This document shows, in pieces, positions 8,568-17,345 of a DNA stretch of 64,000 nucleotides. Below the pieces are notes generated by a model. That model worked only from the letters and a program-made list of their open reading frames with translations, had not been told where the DNA came from and searched no databases. Each line of letters starts with the position of its first letter. Within the stretch, counting starts at the first letter, position 1. A program made the position numbers and the translations under genes. The DNA lies in the IMG/VR virus record IMGVR_UViG_3300032326_001134, positions 51,111 to 115,110 of that record; one strand, written 5' to 3'. The stretch is from a virus.

Positions 8568-10151
8568 ATGGAATTCATTAATGATGACGAAGTCAGCGCA
8601 GAAACTATTGACATATCAAACTCAGCAGATTGGTTTAAGTTTAATAATAAAGAAGTGGTTGTAGACACAGACCCATTTAACATAGAGGCTCAAGAGCTAA
8701 AAAAGGTGAACGGACTTAGTACAACATTCCGTAGAAAAGTTTCAAGAGATATCCAGAAGAGACTTGTGGGTCAAGAAGGAACAGGAACTCAGCAAAATTT
8801 ATTGCAGCAAGCAGTCACTGGCTACGCAATGTTCGACCTTGTTCAGCCAGTTTATAATTTAGAATATTTATCAAAGATCTATGAAATATCCCCATACAAC
8901 TACGCAGCAATTAATGCAAAGGTTGCCAACATAGTTGGGCTGGGATATTCTTTTGTAGAGACAAAAAAAGCAAACGATGCTTTAGATAGCATAACTGACC
9001 CTAAGCAGTTAGAACGTGCTCGTAAAAAACTAAATAAGCTAAGACAAGATTTAGACAATTGGCTTGAGGAAACAAACGAAGAAGAAACTTTTACAGAAAC
9101 ATTAATCAAAGCATATACAGATTTAGAGGCAACTGGAAATGCCTATATTGAAATAGGAAGAACGGTTGCTGGAAACATTGGATACATAGGTCATATTCCA
9201 TCTAAGACAATGCGTGTTCGTAGACTACGTGACGGATTTATTCAATTGCTATATGGCAAGGCTGTTTTCTTTAGAAACTTTGGAGATCAAGAAACACTAA
9301 ATCCAATAGATGGTGGCCTAGAAAGACCAAATGAAATTATTCATTTAAAGAAGTATACTCCAATGAATAACTATTATGGAATACCAGACATAATTGCAGC
9401 ACAAACGGCAATGGCTGGAAATGAATTTTCTGGAAAATATAACCTAGATTACTTTGAAAATAAAGCAGTTCCAAGATATATAATTACAGTTAAAGGCGCA
9501 AAGCTATCACCAGAGTCAGAAAGAAAACTTCTTGAGTTTTTCCAAGTTGGTTTAAAGGGTAAAAATCACAGATCCCTATACGTCCCGCTACCAGCCGATA
9601 CATCAGACTCTAAAGTTGAATTTAAAATGGAGCCAATTGAAGCTGGAAGTCAAGAAGGCTCATTTGAAAAATATCGCAAATCAAATAGAGATGAAATACT
9701 ATTGGCACACAGAGTTCCAATTAATAAAATTGGAGTTCCAGAAGGAGTAAGCCTAGCATCTGCTAGAGATGCAGATAAAACATTTAAAGAGCAGGTGTGC
9801 GGTCCCGCCCAAGATATTTTAGAGAAAAAAATCAATAGAATTATATCAGAAAAAACAGATGCTCTAGTTCTTGAGTTTAATGAGTTGACTTTGACTGACG
9901 AAGACACGCAGTCTAAAATTGACGAAAGATATTTAAGAATGCAGGTAATTACTCCTAATGAAGTAAGAATTAGAAAAGGAATGATTCCTATGGATGGTGG
10001 AGACGAAGTGGTTGATTTACAAGCACAGGCAGCAGAAATTAAAGCCCAAGCCTTAAATACTAGAAATAGAACCCAAGAAAGATCTGCAAATTCACCAGAT
10101 AGTTCTGGGGAGGCCAGAAATCCAAAAGGTGAAGGTAGAGTCACTGCTTAA
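8568..10151 (+). CDS. Portal protein
   Basis: DLEATGNAYIEI, EIIHLK, YYGIPD, YFENKAVP, AHRVP, ITPNEVR; 527 aa; GGAGG SD. Confidence 0.92.
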   Translation: MEFINDDEVSAETIDISNSADWFKFNNKEVVVDTDPFNIEAQELKKVNGLSTTFRRKVSRDIQKRLVGQEGTGTQQNLLQQAVTGYAMFDLVQPVYNLEYLSKIYEISPYNYAAINAKVANIVGLGYSFVETKKANDALDSITDPKQLERARKKLNKLRQDLDNWLEETNEEETFTETLIKAYTDLEATGNAYIEIGRTVAGNIGYIGHIPSKTMRVRRLRDGFIQLLYGKAVFFRNFGDQETLNPIDGGLERPNEIIHLKKYTPMNNYYGIPDIIAAQTAMAGNEFSGKYNLDYFENKAVPRYIITVKGAKLSPESERKLLEFFQVGLKGKNHRSLYVPLPADTSDSKVEFKMEPIEAGSQEGSFEKYRKSNRDEILLAHRVPINKIGVPEGVSLASARDADKTFKEQVCGPAQDILEKKINRIISEKTDALVLEFNELTLTDEDTQSKIDERYLRMQVITPNEVRIRKGMIPMDGGDEVVDLQAQAAEIKAQALNTRNRTQERSANSPDSSGEARNPKGEGRVTA

Positions 10152-10170
10152 TTATTAGGCAACCAGTTAT

Positions 10171-10199
10171 TTGCCTTATATACAATACCGTTATAAAAT
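10171..10199 (+). promoter_or_regulatory. Promoter TTGCCT-17-TAAAAT overlapping the hairpin AGGCAA/TTGCCT
   Basis: Consensus spacing; ATG 10207 lies 7 nt after the -10 box. Confidence 0.55.
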
Positions 10200-10206
10200 T
10201 AGGCAT

Positions 10207-11517
10207 ATGAATATTGAAAAATCACACTGGTCTGCTAACGGCGAAGATATCAGCCTGTCTGTTCCTTTTACAAAAGTTAATCGTGAAAAAAGAACTGTAT
10301 CTGGTTTTGCAACATTAGACAACCTAGATCAAACAGGAGACGTAGTAACAGCAGAAGCAAGTCTTGGAGCATTTGAAAATTTCCGTGGAAACATTCGTGA
10401 AATGCATGGATCAAATGCAGTTGGCAAAATGGTTTCATTTAGACCAGAAACATATTATGATGCAAAAAGCGGAGAATTCTACAATGGAGTTTATGTAGAT
10501 GCATACATATCAAAGGGATCACAAGATACCTGGGAAAAAGTTTTAGACGGAACACTAACTGGATTTTCAATTGGCGGAAAAATTATTGATTCAGAAAATG
10601 AAGTAAACAAGTCCACAGGACAACCAGTTCGCTTTATTAAACAATACGCACTTATGGAATTGTCAGTCGTTGATTCACCAGCGAATGAACTTTGCAATAT
10701 TTTGTCTATTCAAAAAATGAATGGTCAATTAATGTTTAAAGGAATAGCTGCAGAAACAGTAACAGAGAATATTTTTTACTGTGAAGAAAGCGACTCTGTT
10801 TTTATGTCAACAGAGCAATCTTACGACTCACCAGCAACTGGTAAACCAGCGGTTTTAATTGGTTGGGTAGAAAGTAAAGATATAAACAAAGCGAAAGAAA
10901 TAGAAAAGATTCTTGCTTCATTTAAGAAGTCAAGATTTACGTTGCCTGAAATACAAACAATTGCAAAACAGGCAAACGCAGAAGGAGGTAATGAAGTGTC
11001 AGAAAACACAGAAACAGTAGCAGTCGAAGAGACTGCTCCAGTAGAAGTTTCAGCCCCTGCAGAAGATGTAGTGGTTGAAGAGACTGTTACAGAAGATGTA
11101 GTAGCAGATGCTTCTGCCGAAACCGTTGAAAAAGCATCAGACGTCTCAGAGGTCGTTGTTGATGAACCTGATTTTGCAAAAATGTTAGGTGACTTAAAGG
11201 GCTTTTTCTCAGATACTCTAAGCAAGGCTTCAGAAGCAAATGCTGCACAGGTTTCAACTATTAAAGAAACAGTTGAATCTTTTAGCAAGAGCGTTGAAAC
11301 TCAAATCTCAGAGTTGGCAGACAAACATACAGAACTCAGCAAAACTGTTGAGAGCATCAAGAACACGATTGATACTGTAGAAAAGCGTGTCGACGCAGTA
11401 GAATCAGAGACTGCAATCAAGAAGTCCTCAGACCTTGGCGGGTCACAGGATGTAGTAGTACAAAAATCAAAATGGAACGGTTCTTTCCTCGGTTCCGTAA
11501 ACGAACTATTTAAGTAA
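10207..11517 (+). CDS. Prohead protease fused to a scaffold domain
   Basis: HK97-type protease motifs (VSGFAT..DQTGD, IREMH, GFSIGG, ELSVVDSPAN), then an acidic linker and a coiled coil. Confidence 0.88.
   Translation: MNIEKSHWSANGEDISLSVPFTKVNREKRTVSGFATLDNLDQTGDVVTAEASLGAFENFRGNIREMHGSNAVGKMVSFRPETYYDAKSGEFYNGVYVDAYISKGSQDTWEKVLDGTLTGFSIGGKIIDSENEVNKSTGQPVRFIKQYALMELSVVDSPANELCNILSIQKMNGQLMFKGIAAETVTENIFYCEESDSVFMSTEQSYDSPATGKPAVLIGWVESKDINKAKEIEKILASFKKSRFTLPEIQTIAKQANAEGGNEVSENTETVAVEETAPVEVSAPAEDVVVEETVTEDVVADASAETVEKASDVSEVVVDEPDFAKMLGDLKGFFSDTLSKASEANAAQVSTIKETVESFSKSVETQISELADKHTELSKTVESIKNTIDTVEKRVDAVESETAIKKSSDLGGSQDVVVQKSKWNGSFLGSVNELFK
10996..11517 (+). CDS. Nested in-frame scaffold protein (internal start)
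   Basis: Strong SD AAGGAGGT 6 nt before the in-frame GTG at 10996; acidic and coiled-coil product of 173 aa. Confidence 0.6.
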   Translation: MSENTETVAVEETAPVEVSAPAEDVVVEETVTEDVVADASAETVEKASDVSEVVVDEPDFAKMLGDLKGFFSDTLSKASEANAAQVSTIKETVESFSKSVETQISELADKHTELSKTVESIKNTIDTVEKRVDAVESETAIKKSSDLGGSQDVVVQKSKWNGSFLGSVNELFK

Positions 11518-11537
11518 AGGGTAGGTGAAATAATATA

Positions 11538-12590
11538 ATGAGCAATGAATTATTAGAAAAAGCCGTAGCTGCTGATACAACAGTTACAGGTACATTTGCT
11601 TCAAACACTGGAGGAACAGGAATTCACCGTGCATCAGAAGATGGCAACGGAGGATTACTTAATCCAGAACAATCAGCCCGATTCCTAGACTACATGTTCG
11701 ACGCTACCGTAATTGGTAAGGTCGCACGTACAGTCCGAATGAAGTCGGATACAACTGAAATTGATCGCATGGGCGTAGGCGAAAAGCTTATGAAGCTTGC
11801 GACAGAAGGAGATAACACTAACAGCGCAAACGCTGCAGTGACATTCTCAAAGATTTCTTTGACAACAAAGAAGTTACGTCTAGATTGGGAACTATCAACA
11901 GAGTCTCTAGAAGACAATATTGAGGGTGCAGACCTAGAAGACCACATTGCCCGCTTGATGGCAACACAAGCAGGTAACGACATTGAAGATGTAGTCCTAA
12001 ACGGAAATACATCACTATCATCAGATCAGCTTTACAAGGCATTTGATGGTGTAGTAAAGAAGGCTAAGGCAGACGCTCACGTAGTTGATGCTGGTGGTGC
12101 AAACATTTCTCGTGCTGTATTTAACAGCGCATTGAAGGCACTTCCACGTAAGTACAAGCAACGCCGTACAGACCTTCGCTTCCTAGCAGGATCAAACCTG
12201 ATTCAGGATTACTTATACTCAACATCACAAAACATCCAGAACGTCAACCCACAAGATATTGCTTCAGGCATTATCCGTGGAGAGGTTGCACCTGTTTCAG
12301 GTCCAGCAGGATACGTTGCGCCATACGCATTCGGTATTCCAATCGTTGAAGTTCCTCTACTTTCAGAGACACAGGATGGCTCATACTCAGCAGCATCAGG
12401 ATCACACGGTGACGTGCACTTGACATTCCCAAATAACGTAGTTATTGGTATCAAGCGTGACGTAACAGTGTACCGATTCTTCTGGCCAAAGAAGGACTCA
12501 ATCGAGTACACAATGTATACTCGTGTTGGCGTTCAAATTGAGCAGGCAGACGCTTGGGTAGTTGTAAAGAACGTTAAGGTTGCTTCTTAA
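11538..12590 (+). CDS. Major capsid protein (HK97 fold)
   Basis: GGLLNPEQSARFL, LEDNIEG, DIEDVVLNG, ALPRKY; follows the protease; biased codon usage; terminator after. Confidence 0.93.
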   Translation: MSNELLEKAVAADTTVTGTFASNTGGTGIHRASEDGNGGLLNPEQSARFLDYMFDATVIGKVARTVRMKSDTTEIDRMGVGEKLMKLATEGDNTNSANAAVTFSKISLTTKKLRLDWELSTESLEDNIEGADLEDHIARLMATQAGNDIEDVVLNGNTSLSSDQLYKAFDGVVKKAKADAHVVDAGGANISRAVFNSALKALPRKYKQRRTDLRFLAGSNLIQDYLYSTSQNIQNVNPQDIASGIIRGEVAPVSGPAGYVAPYAFGIPIVEVPLLSETQDGSYSAASGSHGDVHLTFPNNVVIGIKRDVTVYRFFWPKKDSIEYTMYTRVGVQIEQADAWVVVKNVKVAS

Positions 12591-12607
12591 TAAGAATTAA
12601 CCAATTA

Positions 12608-12637
12608 AAGGCCCCCAATTAATTTTGGGGGCTTTTC
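12608..12637 (+). terminator. Rho-independent terminator after MCP
   Basis: GCCCCCAA-TTAATT-TTGGGGGC followed by TTTT. Confidence 0.85.
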
Positions 12638-12652
12638 ATTTGAATTTAGTAA

Positions 12653-12661
12653 TGCTATAAT
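12653..12661 (+). promoter_or_regulatory. Extended -10 promoter TGCTATAAT
   Basis: Directly downstream of the terminator; AAGGAG SD before 12688. Confidence 0.65.
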
Positions 12662-12687
12662 TAAACAACCTAGACTAAGGAGAATAC

Positions 12688-13083
12688 ATGTCATTCGAGA
12701 CATTAAAATTAGCTGAAATTAAAAAGATCGCCGAAGACTTTGGCGTAGATATAGACAGCCTTAAAAGCAAGACAGATATAATCGCAGCATTGTCTGAAGA
12801 GGGAGTAAGTTGGTCAGTTTACTCTAAGACAATAAAGGATGTAGATGACGCAAAAGAAGAAATTGAAGTTTTGCCAAAATTCGATCCTAAGAAGGCTCAG
12901 GACAAAGATATGGTTCTAGTTAGAATGACCAGAGCAAATTTTAGATACGATACAATGGGATTTACATTTACAAACGATCACCCTTTTGTAGCAATGTCTG
13001 AAGATGCAGCACAAGAAATTTTTGATAAGGAGGAAGGTTTTAGATTAGCCACACCAAAGGAAGCACAAGACTTCTATAACTAA
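12688..13083 (+). CDS. Hypothetical head-associated protein
   Basis: N-terminal LKLAEIKKIAEDFGV...KTDIIAAL helical (Rho-N/HeH-like) unit; lies between MCP and adaptor. Confidence 0.6.
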   Translation: MSFETLKLAEIKKIAEDFGVDIDSLKSKTDIIAALSEEGVSWSVYSKTIKDVDDAKEEIEVLPKFDPKKAQDKDMVLVRMTRANFRYDTMGFTFTNDHPFVAMSEDAAQEIFDKEEGFRLATPKEAQDFYN

Positions 13084-13097
13084 TTTAAACCTTTAAT

Positions 13098-14084
13098 ATG
13101 GCAGAGATCCACATAAACACAAACTCGTCAGTATCTACTAAAATTATATACGGTGGAGAAATTGTCAACGCAGACGGAGATCTTGTAACTGCAACCGTTT
13201 ACGATGTAACAGAAGATCCTGCACTAGAAATACCAGTTGACCCAGAAATTCCTTTATTTTCTTCAGAGGCTATAAAAATAGAAAATGATAATGGGTCATA
13301 CAAATTAAATATTCCATATCATCAAACATCAAGATTAAAAAATCTAAAGATAAGATGGAACTATGCCATTAATGGAACCTCACAACAACATTTTTCTACT
13401 GTTAATATTGTGCAGCCGTATTGCTCTTTAGCAGAAGCAATAGAAGACTTGAATTTTGGAACAGATCCATCTGACCCAAATTATAAAACATATCATGAGC
13501 TAGTAATGGCAGAAAAATATGCAAGAAAAATAATTGATGAGTTTACTGGACAAAAATTTACTTTATACGATGACGTATATGTAATTTATGGGTCAGGCTC
13601 TGATGTTTTACCATTGCCATACAAACTAAACACACTACATGAGCTTTACTCAAACGATATACTTCTTATTAATACAACAGAAGATATAAATAATTGGGGA
13701 AGAACAGTTCGTATATCAGAAACTGGATTTGGGCTAAGAGTAAACAGAGCAGATGAATTAGACAACACCGTATATTCTGCAAACGGAATGGTTCCTCCAA
13801 GCATTAATGACATTGGAAACGGATCATTTATAAAAGATTACAACTATCGTGTCCAGGGCAGATTTGGCTGGAGCGAAGTTCCAGATGAAGTTGAGCAGGC
13901 ATGCATACAATTAATGGGACACTTTTTTGACAAAGATAGAATATGGAAAGATCAATACATGAAGTCTATATCTACTTTTGACTGGAAGTTTGAATATACT
14001 TCAAACATAAATAGCGGTACGGGATGCGCCTATGCTGACAAGCTGCTATCTGGATATGTCTTAAATCAAATGGTTGTGATATAA
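13098..14084 (+). CDS. Head-tail adaptor/connector
   Basis: YCSLAE, ARKIIDEFTGQKF, GWSEVPDEVEQACIQL, ADKLLSGY. Confidence 0.75.
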   Translation: MAEIHINTNSSVSTKIIYGGEIVNADGDLVTATVYDVTEDPALEIPVDPEIPLFSSEAIKIENDNGSYKLNIPYHQTSRLKNLKIRWNYAINGTSQQHFSTVNIVQPYCSLAEAIEDLNFGTDPSDPNYKTYHELVMAEKYARKIIDEFTGQKFTLYDDVYVIYGSGSDVLPLPYKLNTLHELYSNDILLINTTEDINNWGRTVRISETGFGLRVNRADELDNTVYSANGMVPPSINDIGNGSFIKDYNYRVQGRFGWSEVPDEVEQACIQLMGHFFDKDRIWKDQYMKSISTFDWKFEYTSNINSGTGCAYADKLLSGYVLNQMVVI

Positions 14085-14513
14085 GTGTATTCACTCATAG
14101 ACTCTATACTGTCTATGAAAATGGACGTTTATAGGCAAACGGATAGCCAGAACCCAGATACTGGGGCTATAACAAAAGAGTGGAATTACTATAAAACAGT
14201 AGACTGCCATGCAAAAGGAATGATAACTAATTCATCCACAATTAGATCAAGCGACAACCAAACATTTAATAATAAGTATATAAACGAGCAGAATATACAA
14301 ATCAGAACAGCAGAAAGAATAACATCACGGGAAAAAATTACAAACATTAGGGATAGCAAAAATAATGTTGTTTGGACAGAAATTAATTTCCCAACAGAAA
14401 CCCCAACTGTTTTTGAGATAATAGGAACCACTCCTATCACCGATCCGTTTGGAACAATAATTGGATACAACTCTTCTTTAAAGAGATCGGAGAACCAGCA
14501 AATTGGACTCTAG
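14085..14513 (+). CDS. Head closure/stopper protein
   Basis: Position, size and beta-rich sequence (NPDTGAITKEW). Confidence 0.6.
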   Translation: MYSLIDSILSMKMDVYRQTDSQNPDTGAITKEWNYYKTVDCHAKGMITNSSTIRSSDNQTFNNKYINEQNIQIRTAERITSREKITNIRDSKNNVVWTEINFPTETPTVFEIIGTTPITDPFGTIIGYNSSLKRSENQQIGL

Positions 14514-15291
14514 CGTAGCCTTATTACAAGCAGCCTCTGGCCTTGAAAGGCTTATGGTGGGGCAGTCCCAAAATGCTTCTATTAAAGATAGCAATGTGGC
14601 ACAAATATCTGCAGCCCTATATTACGAGGCAAACGTTATTGCTAAGTTTAATAAGAGTAAGAAGTTTAAAAATGCATTTAAGCAAACAATCTTTACTCAA
14701 ATAAACAAAGATTTTGGAGAACATATAGACTCTCAATCAAGATCAAAGCCAAAATCATTACACCATGTTTATGAGTGGAAAAAAGTTGGAAGCAAGACGG
14801 CAAGACTTTTTAAATTAAAATCAATTGATGGAGACGGTATTTCTTTTAAAATAGATTACGAGTTACAGCCATCTAAATCATTCGTTCCCTCTGCTACAAA
14901 ACGAAGAAAACATGTCTTTGTTAATAAGGCCTCTATCATGGAAGCTGGAATGCCTCTAATAATTGCTCCACGCCATTCTGAGAGACTTGTATTTGAATCT
15001 AATGGTATGACAGTCTTTATGCCCAAAGGTGCTACAGTGACCGTTAAACGGCCAGGAGGGCCTAGTGTAAAAAATCAATTTAGATTATATTATTCTAGAT
15101 TCTTTAGCGGAAATTTAGTTAATAATTCAATTAAAAAATCTGGCTTCCAAAGACTATTTAATTCAGAACTCACAAAGGCTTTAATGATTCCATCAACAAT
15201 TAGAAGAGTACAATATTCTTTTTCTCCTAATTCAATTAGAGGGATGGCAGACTCAGCAGTACAGTCTTCATTTGGAGGGGCAATGATATGA
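14503..15291 (+). CDS. Neck/tail-completion protein
   Basis: Position; basic protein with LHHVYEW. Confidence 0.5.
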   Translation: MDSSVALLQAASGLERLMVGQSQNASIKDSNVAQISAALYYEANVIAKFNKSKKFKNAFKQTIFTQINKDFGEHIDSQSRSKPKSLHHVYEWKKVGSKTARLFKLKSIDGDGISFKIDYELQPSKSFVPSATKRRKHVFVNKASIMEAGMPLIIAPRHSERLVFESNGMTVFMPKGATVTVKRPGGPSVKNQFRLYYSRFFSGNLVNNSIKKSGFQRLFNSELTKALMIPSTIRRVQYSFSPNSIRGMADSAVQSSFGGAMI

Positions 15292-15800
15292 CAGCAAATT
15301 ATAAATTAGACGCTATGTTTGAAATTAGAAAATACCTATGGGAAAACTTGGTAGAATATAATATTTTTGACGAAGACGAGTATTACAGCGATAACCTAAG
15401 TCAGACGATAGTGCCTATAATCCCAGTACAGCAATCTGCAGAAATGAATCATTTTTTAAGCGGTAAAAAGCATATTGTTTATGATAAGGTGGGAATGTCA
15501 TATGAGGACAATTGGCTAATATGCTGTGAGCAAATTTTGTTTACTATTTACTCTACCGACGTATCTGAAATAGTGGAAATTAGAAATATAATGACTGACC
15601 TATTTAGAAGAATGGATGACTCTGCAAGAGAGGTAAATAGATCTGGATCCATAAACGATAAATTTAAATTCCACAGTATCTATATAGCAGATATTTCACC
15701 AACTGAGCCATCTCAAGAAATACAGGGATTCCTGTCCTCAGACATAACCCTAGAGGTCAAGTATTCAAGAATAACAGACCAAGACGGCAGATTCCTATAG
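15288..15800 (+). CDS. Tail terminator protein
   Basis: Acidic 170-aa protein directly before the major tail gene. Confidence 0.6.
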   Translation: MTANYKLDAMFEIRKYLWENLVEYNIFDEDEYYSDNLSQTIVPIIPVQQSAEMNHFLSGKKHIVYDKVGMSYEDNWLICCEQILFTIYSTDVSEIVEIRNIMTDLFRRMDDSAREVNRSGSINDKFKFHSIYIADISPTEPSQEIQGFLSSDITLEVKYSRITDQDGRFL

Positions 15801-15801
15801 A

Positions 15802-15830
15802 TTGCTTTATGGTCTGATATCCCGTATCAT
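15802..15830 (+). promoter_or_regulatory. Promoter TTGCTT-17-TATCAT for the major tail gene
   Basis: Consensus-like boxes with 17-nt spacer. Confidence 0.55.
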
Positions 15831-15911
15831 TGGACAAGAGGAAAGAAGCCTAGCCAGCTTTGGTTTTTAAAATATATATATATAGTTTAAAACACAGGAG
15901 GTAAAGAATAA

Positions 15912-16571
15912 ATGTCATATAACAATGCAAAAAATATTCTTGTAGGTGCATCACCACTTTTCATCTCTGAAAAGGACTCAACACAGTCAGGTTATGGAGT
16001 ACAAGAACCAGGAACAGCAGCATCAGCTGCATATGTACCTGGAACGTCATACACAACAACATTAAACGGTTTAGATGGTTCAAAGTATCGTAACGTTGGT
16101 TATACCAACAACGGTCTTCAAATCACCTACAACCCAACATACGATTCAGTAACCGTAGATCAGTTGCTTGATACAGCTAAGCTGTTCAAGTCTGCGATGG
16201 AGGTTATGATTGCAACCGAAATGTCAGAAGGAACACTAGAAAATATTCTTGTGGTTTTCGGACAAGCGGGAGCCCCAGTAACAGCGGGTTCAACAACTAC
16301 AGAAACAAAGACAATTGGTCTAGAAGCAGGAGCTCTTGGTATTGCACCAACAGAGCGCCAGCTAATCGCAGTTGGTGCAGCACCTACAGCAGATGCTACA
16401 GCAACAGAGCGTATCTATTATGCACGTCGTGTTCTTTCAGTACAACAGTCCCAATTCTCATTGGCACGTACAACTGCAACAACATTCCCAGTAACATTCC
16501 GTCTTCTTCCAGATGCAGCATATGCAGGAGCAGAATACGGTAAGATTATTGACCGTGTATTAACAGTATAA
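15912..16571 (+). CDS. Major tail tube protein
   Basis: NILVGASPLF, VGYTNNGL, VDQLLD, FPVTFRLLP; AGGAGGT SD; followed by terminator and tail chaperones. Confidence 0.88.
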   Translation: MSYNNAKNILVGASPLFISEKDSTQSGYGVQEPGTAASAAYVPGTSYTTTLNGLDGSKYRNVGYTNNGLQITYNPTYDSVTVDQLLDTAKLFKSAMEVMIATEMSEGTLENILVVFGQAGAPVTAGSTTTETKTIGLEAGALGIAPTERQLIAVGAAPTADATATERIYYARRVLSVQQSQFSLARTTATTFPVTFRLLPDAAYAGAEYGKIIDRVLTV

Positions 16572-16590
16572 TTTAATTTAATTAAATTGT

Positions 16591-16620
16591 AGAAGCCCCC
16601 ATTAATTTGGGGGCTTTCTA
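16591..16620 (+). terminator. Rho-independent terminator after the major tail gene
   Basis: AAGCCCCCA-TTAATT-TGGGGGCTT followed by TCTATTT; near copy of the MCP terminator. Confidence 0.8.
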
Positions 16621-16621
16621 T

Positions 16622-16650
16622 TTGTAGTGATAATAGCTATATGTTATAAT
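16622..16650 (+). promoter_or_regulatory. Promoter TTGTAG-17-TATAAT (TG extension)
   Basis: Read from sequence; AGGAGG SD before TTG 16677. Confidence 0.65.
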
Positions 16651-16676
16651 AATTAAGACAATCCTAGGAGGATAAA

Positions 16677-17009
16677 TTGGCTACAACAGTATACAATGTA
16701 GAAGAAATTGAACTACAAAATGGTTCAAAGGTTAAGCTAAAGCCATTAAGCATTAAGGCATTGCGCCTGTTTATGGCAGAAATTCAAAAGACACAAATGG
16801 CAGAAAATGAAGACGAGACATTAACAATTCTAATTAACGCATGCGGAATTGCAATACAGTCACAACTGCCAGATTTAGTAGCAGATAAAGATGCTTTAGA
16901 AGATGCTTTGGACATGCCAACAATTAATCGCATTCTTGATGTTTGCGGAGGAATTAAACTTGACGACCCAAACCTTCTAGCGGCAGCGGTTCTGGCTGGT
17001 CAGAACTAG
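16677..17009 (+). CDS. Tail assembly chaperone (gpG-like)
   Basis: Between the major tail gene and TMP; slippery heptamer near the 3' end. Confidence 0.85.
   Translation: MATTVYNVEEIELQNGSKVKLKPLSIKALRLFMAEIQKTQMAENEDETLTILINACGIAIQSQLPDLVADKDALEDALDMPTINRILDVCGGIKLDDPNLLAAAVLAGQN
16967..16973 (+). other. Programmed -1 ribosomal frameshift site C CCA AAC
   Basis: In-frame X XXY YYZ heptamer; the -1 frame is open from 16973 to 17335. Confidence 0.85.
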
Positions 17010-17335
17010 ATTTAGCCGCTTTGCTTGGGGAAGTTTTTCTTTTAGGTAATTGGAAAAATTACGAAGAACTAGAAGAAAGTCTTTCAATGCCAGAGTTGAT
17101 TCAAACGTTTAAGTCTATGCAAAAAACTGAAGAAGAAAAAAGAAAGTTTTTAGCTTCTTTGCAGGGCGTAGATTTAAATACAGAAGAAAAAAAAGAAGGT
17201 CCTACCTTCGAAGATATACAAAGAAGAGCTTTAGGAATAGAAGCATCAGCAGACGATGTTGTTTCTTTACAAGGCCCACTTGCAGTACAGCAGGGATTTG
17301 GTATCGGAGCTGGTTTAGGATACTCGAAGGAGTAG
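16973..17335 (+). CDS. Tail assembly chaperone, -1 frame extension (gpGT-like)
   Basis: The -1 frame reads PSSGSGSGWSELDLAALLGEVFLLGNWK... into the 17021..17335 ORF, which lacks its own SD. Confidence 0.82.
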   Translation, partial: PSSGSGSGWSELDLAALLGEVFLLGNWKNYEELEESLSMPELIQTFKSMQKTEEEKRKFLASLQGVDLNTEEKKEGPTFEDIQRRALGIEASADDVVSLQGPLAVQQGFGIGAGLGYSKE

Positions 17336-17345
17336 AATATAGTTA

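Noticed and set aside
16570-16588. Palindrome AATTTAATT-T-AATTAAATT after the major tail gene
   Set aside because: It is pure A/T low complexity and could arise by chance in this genome.
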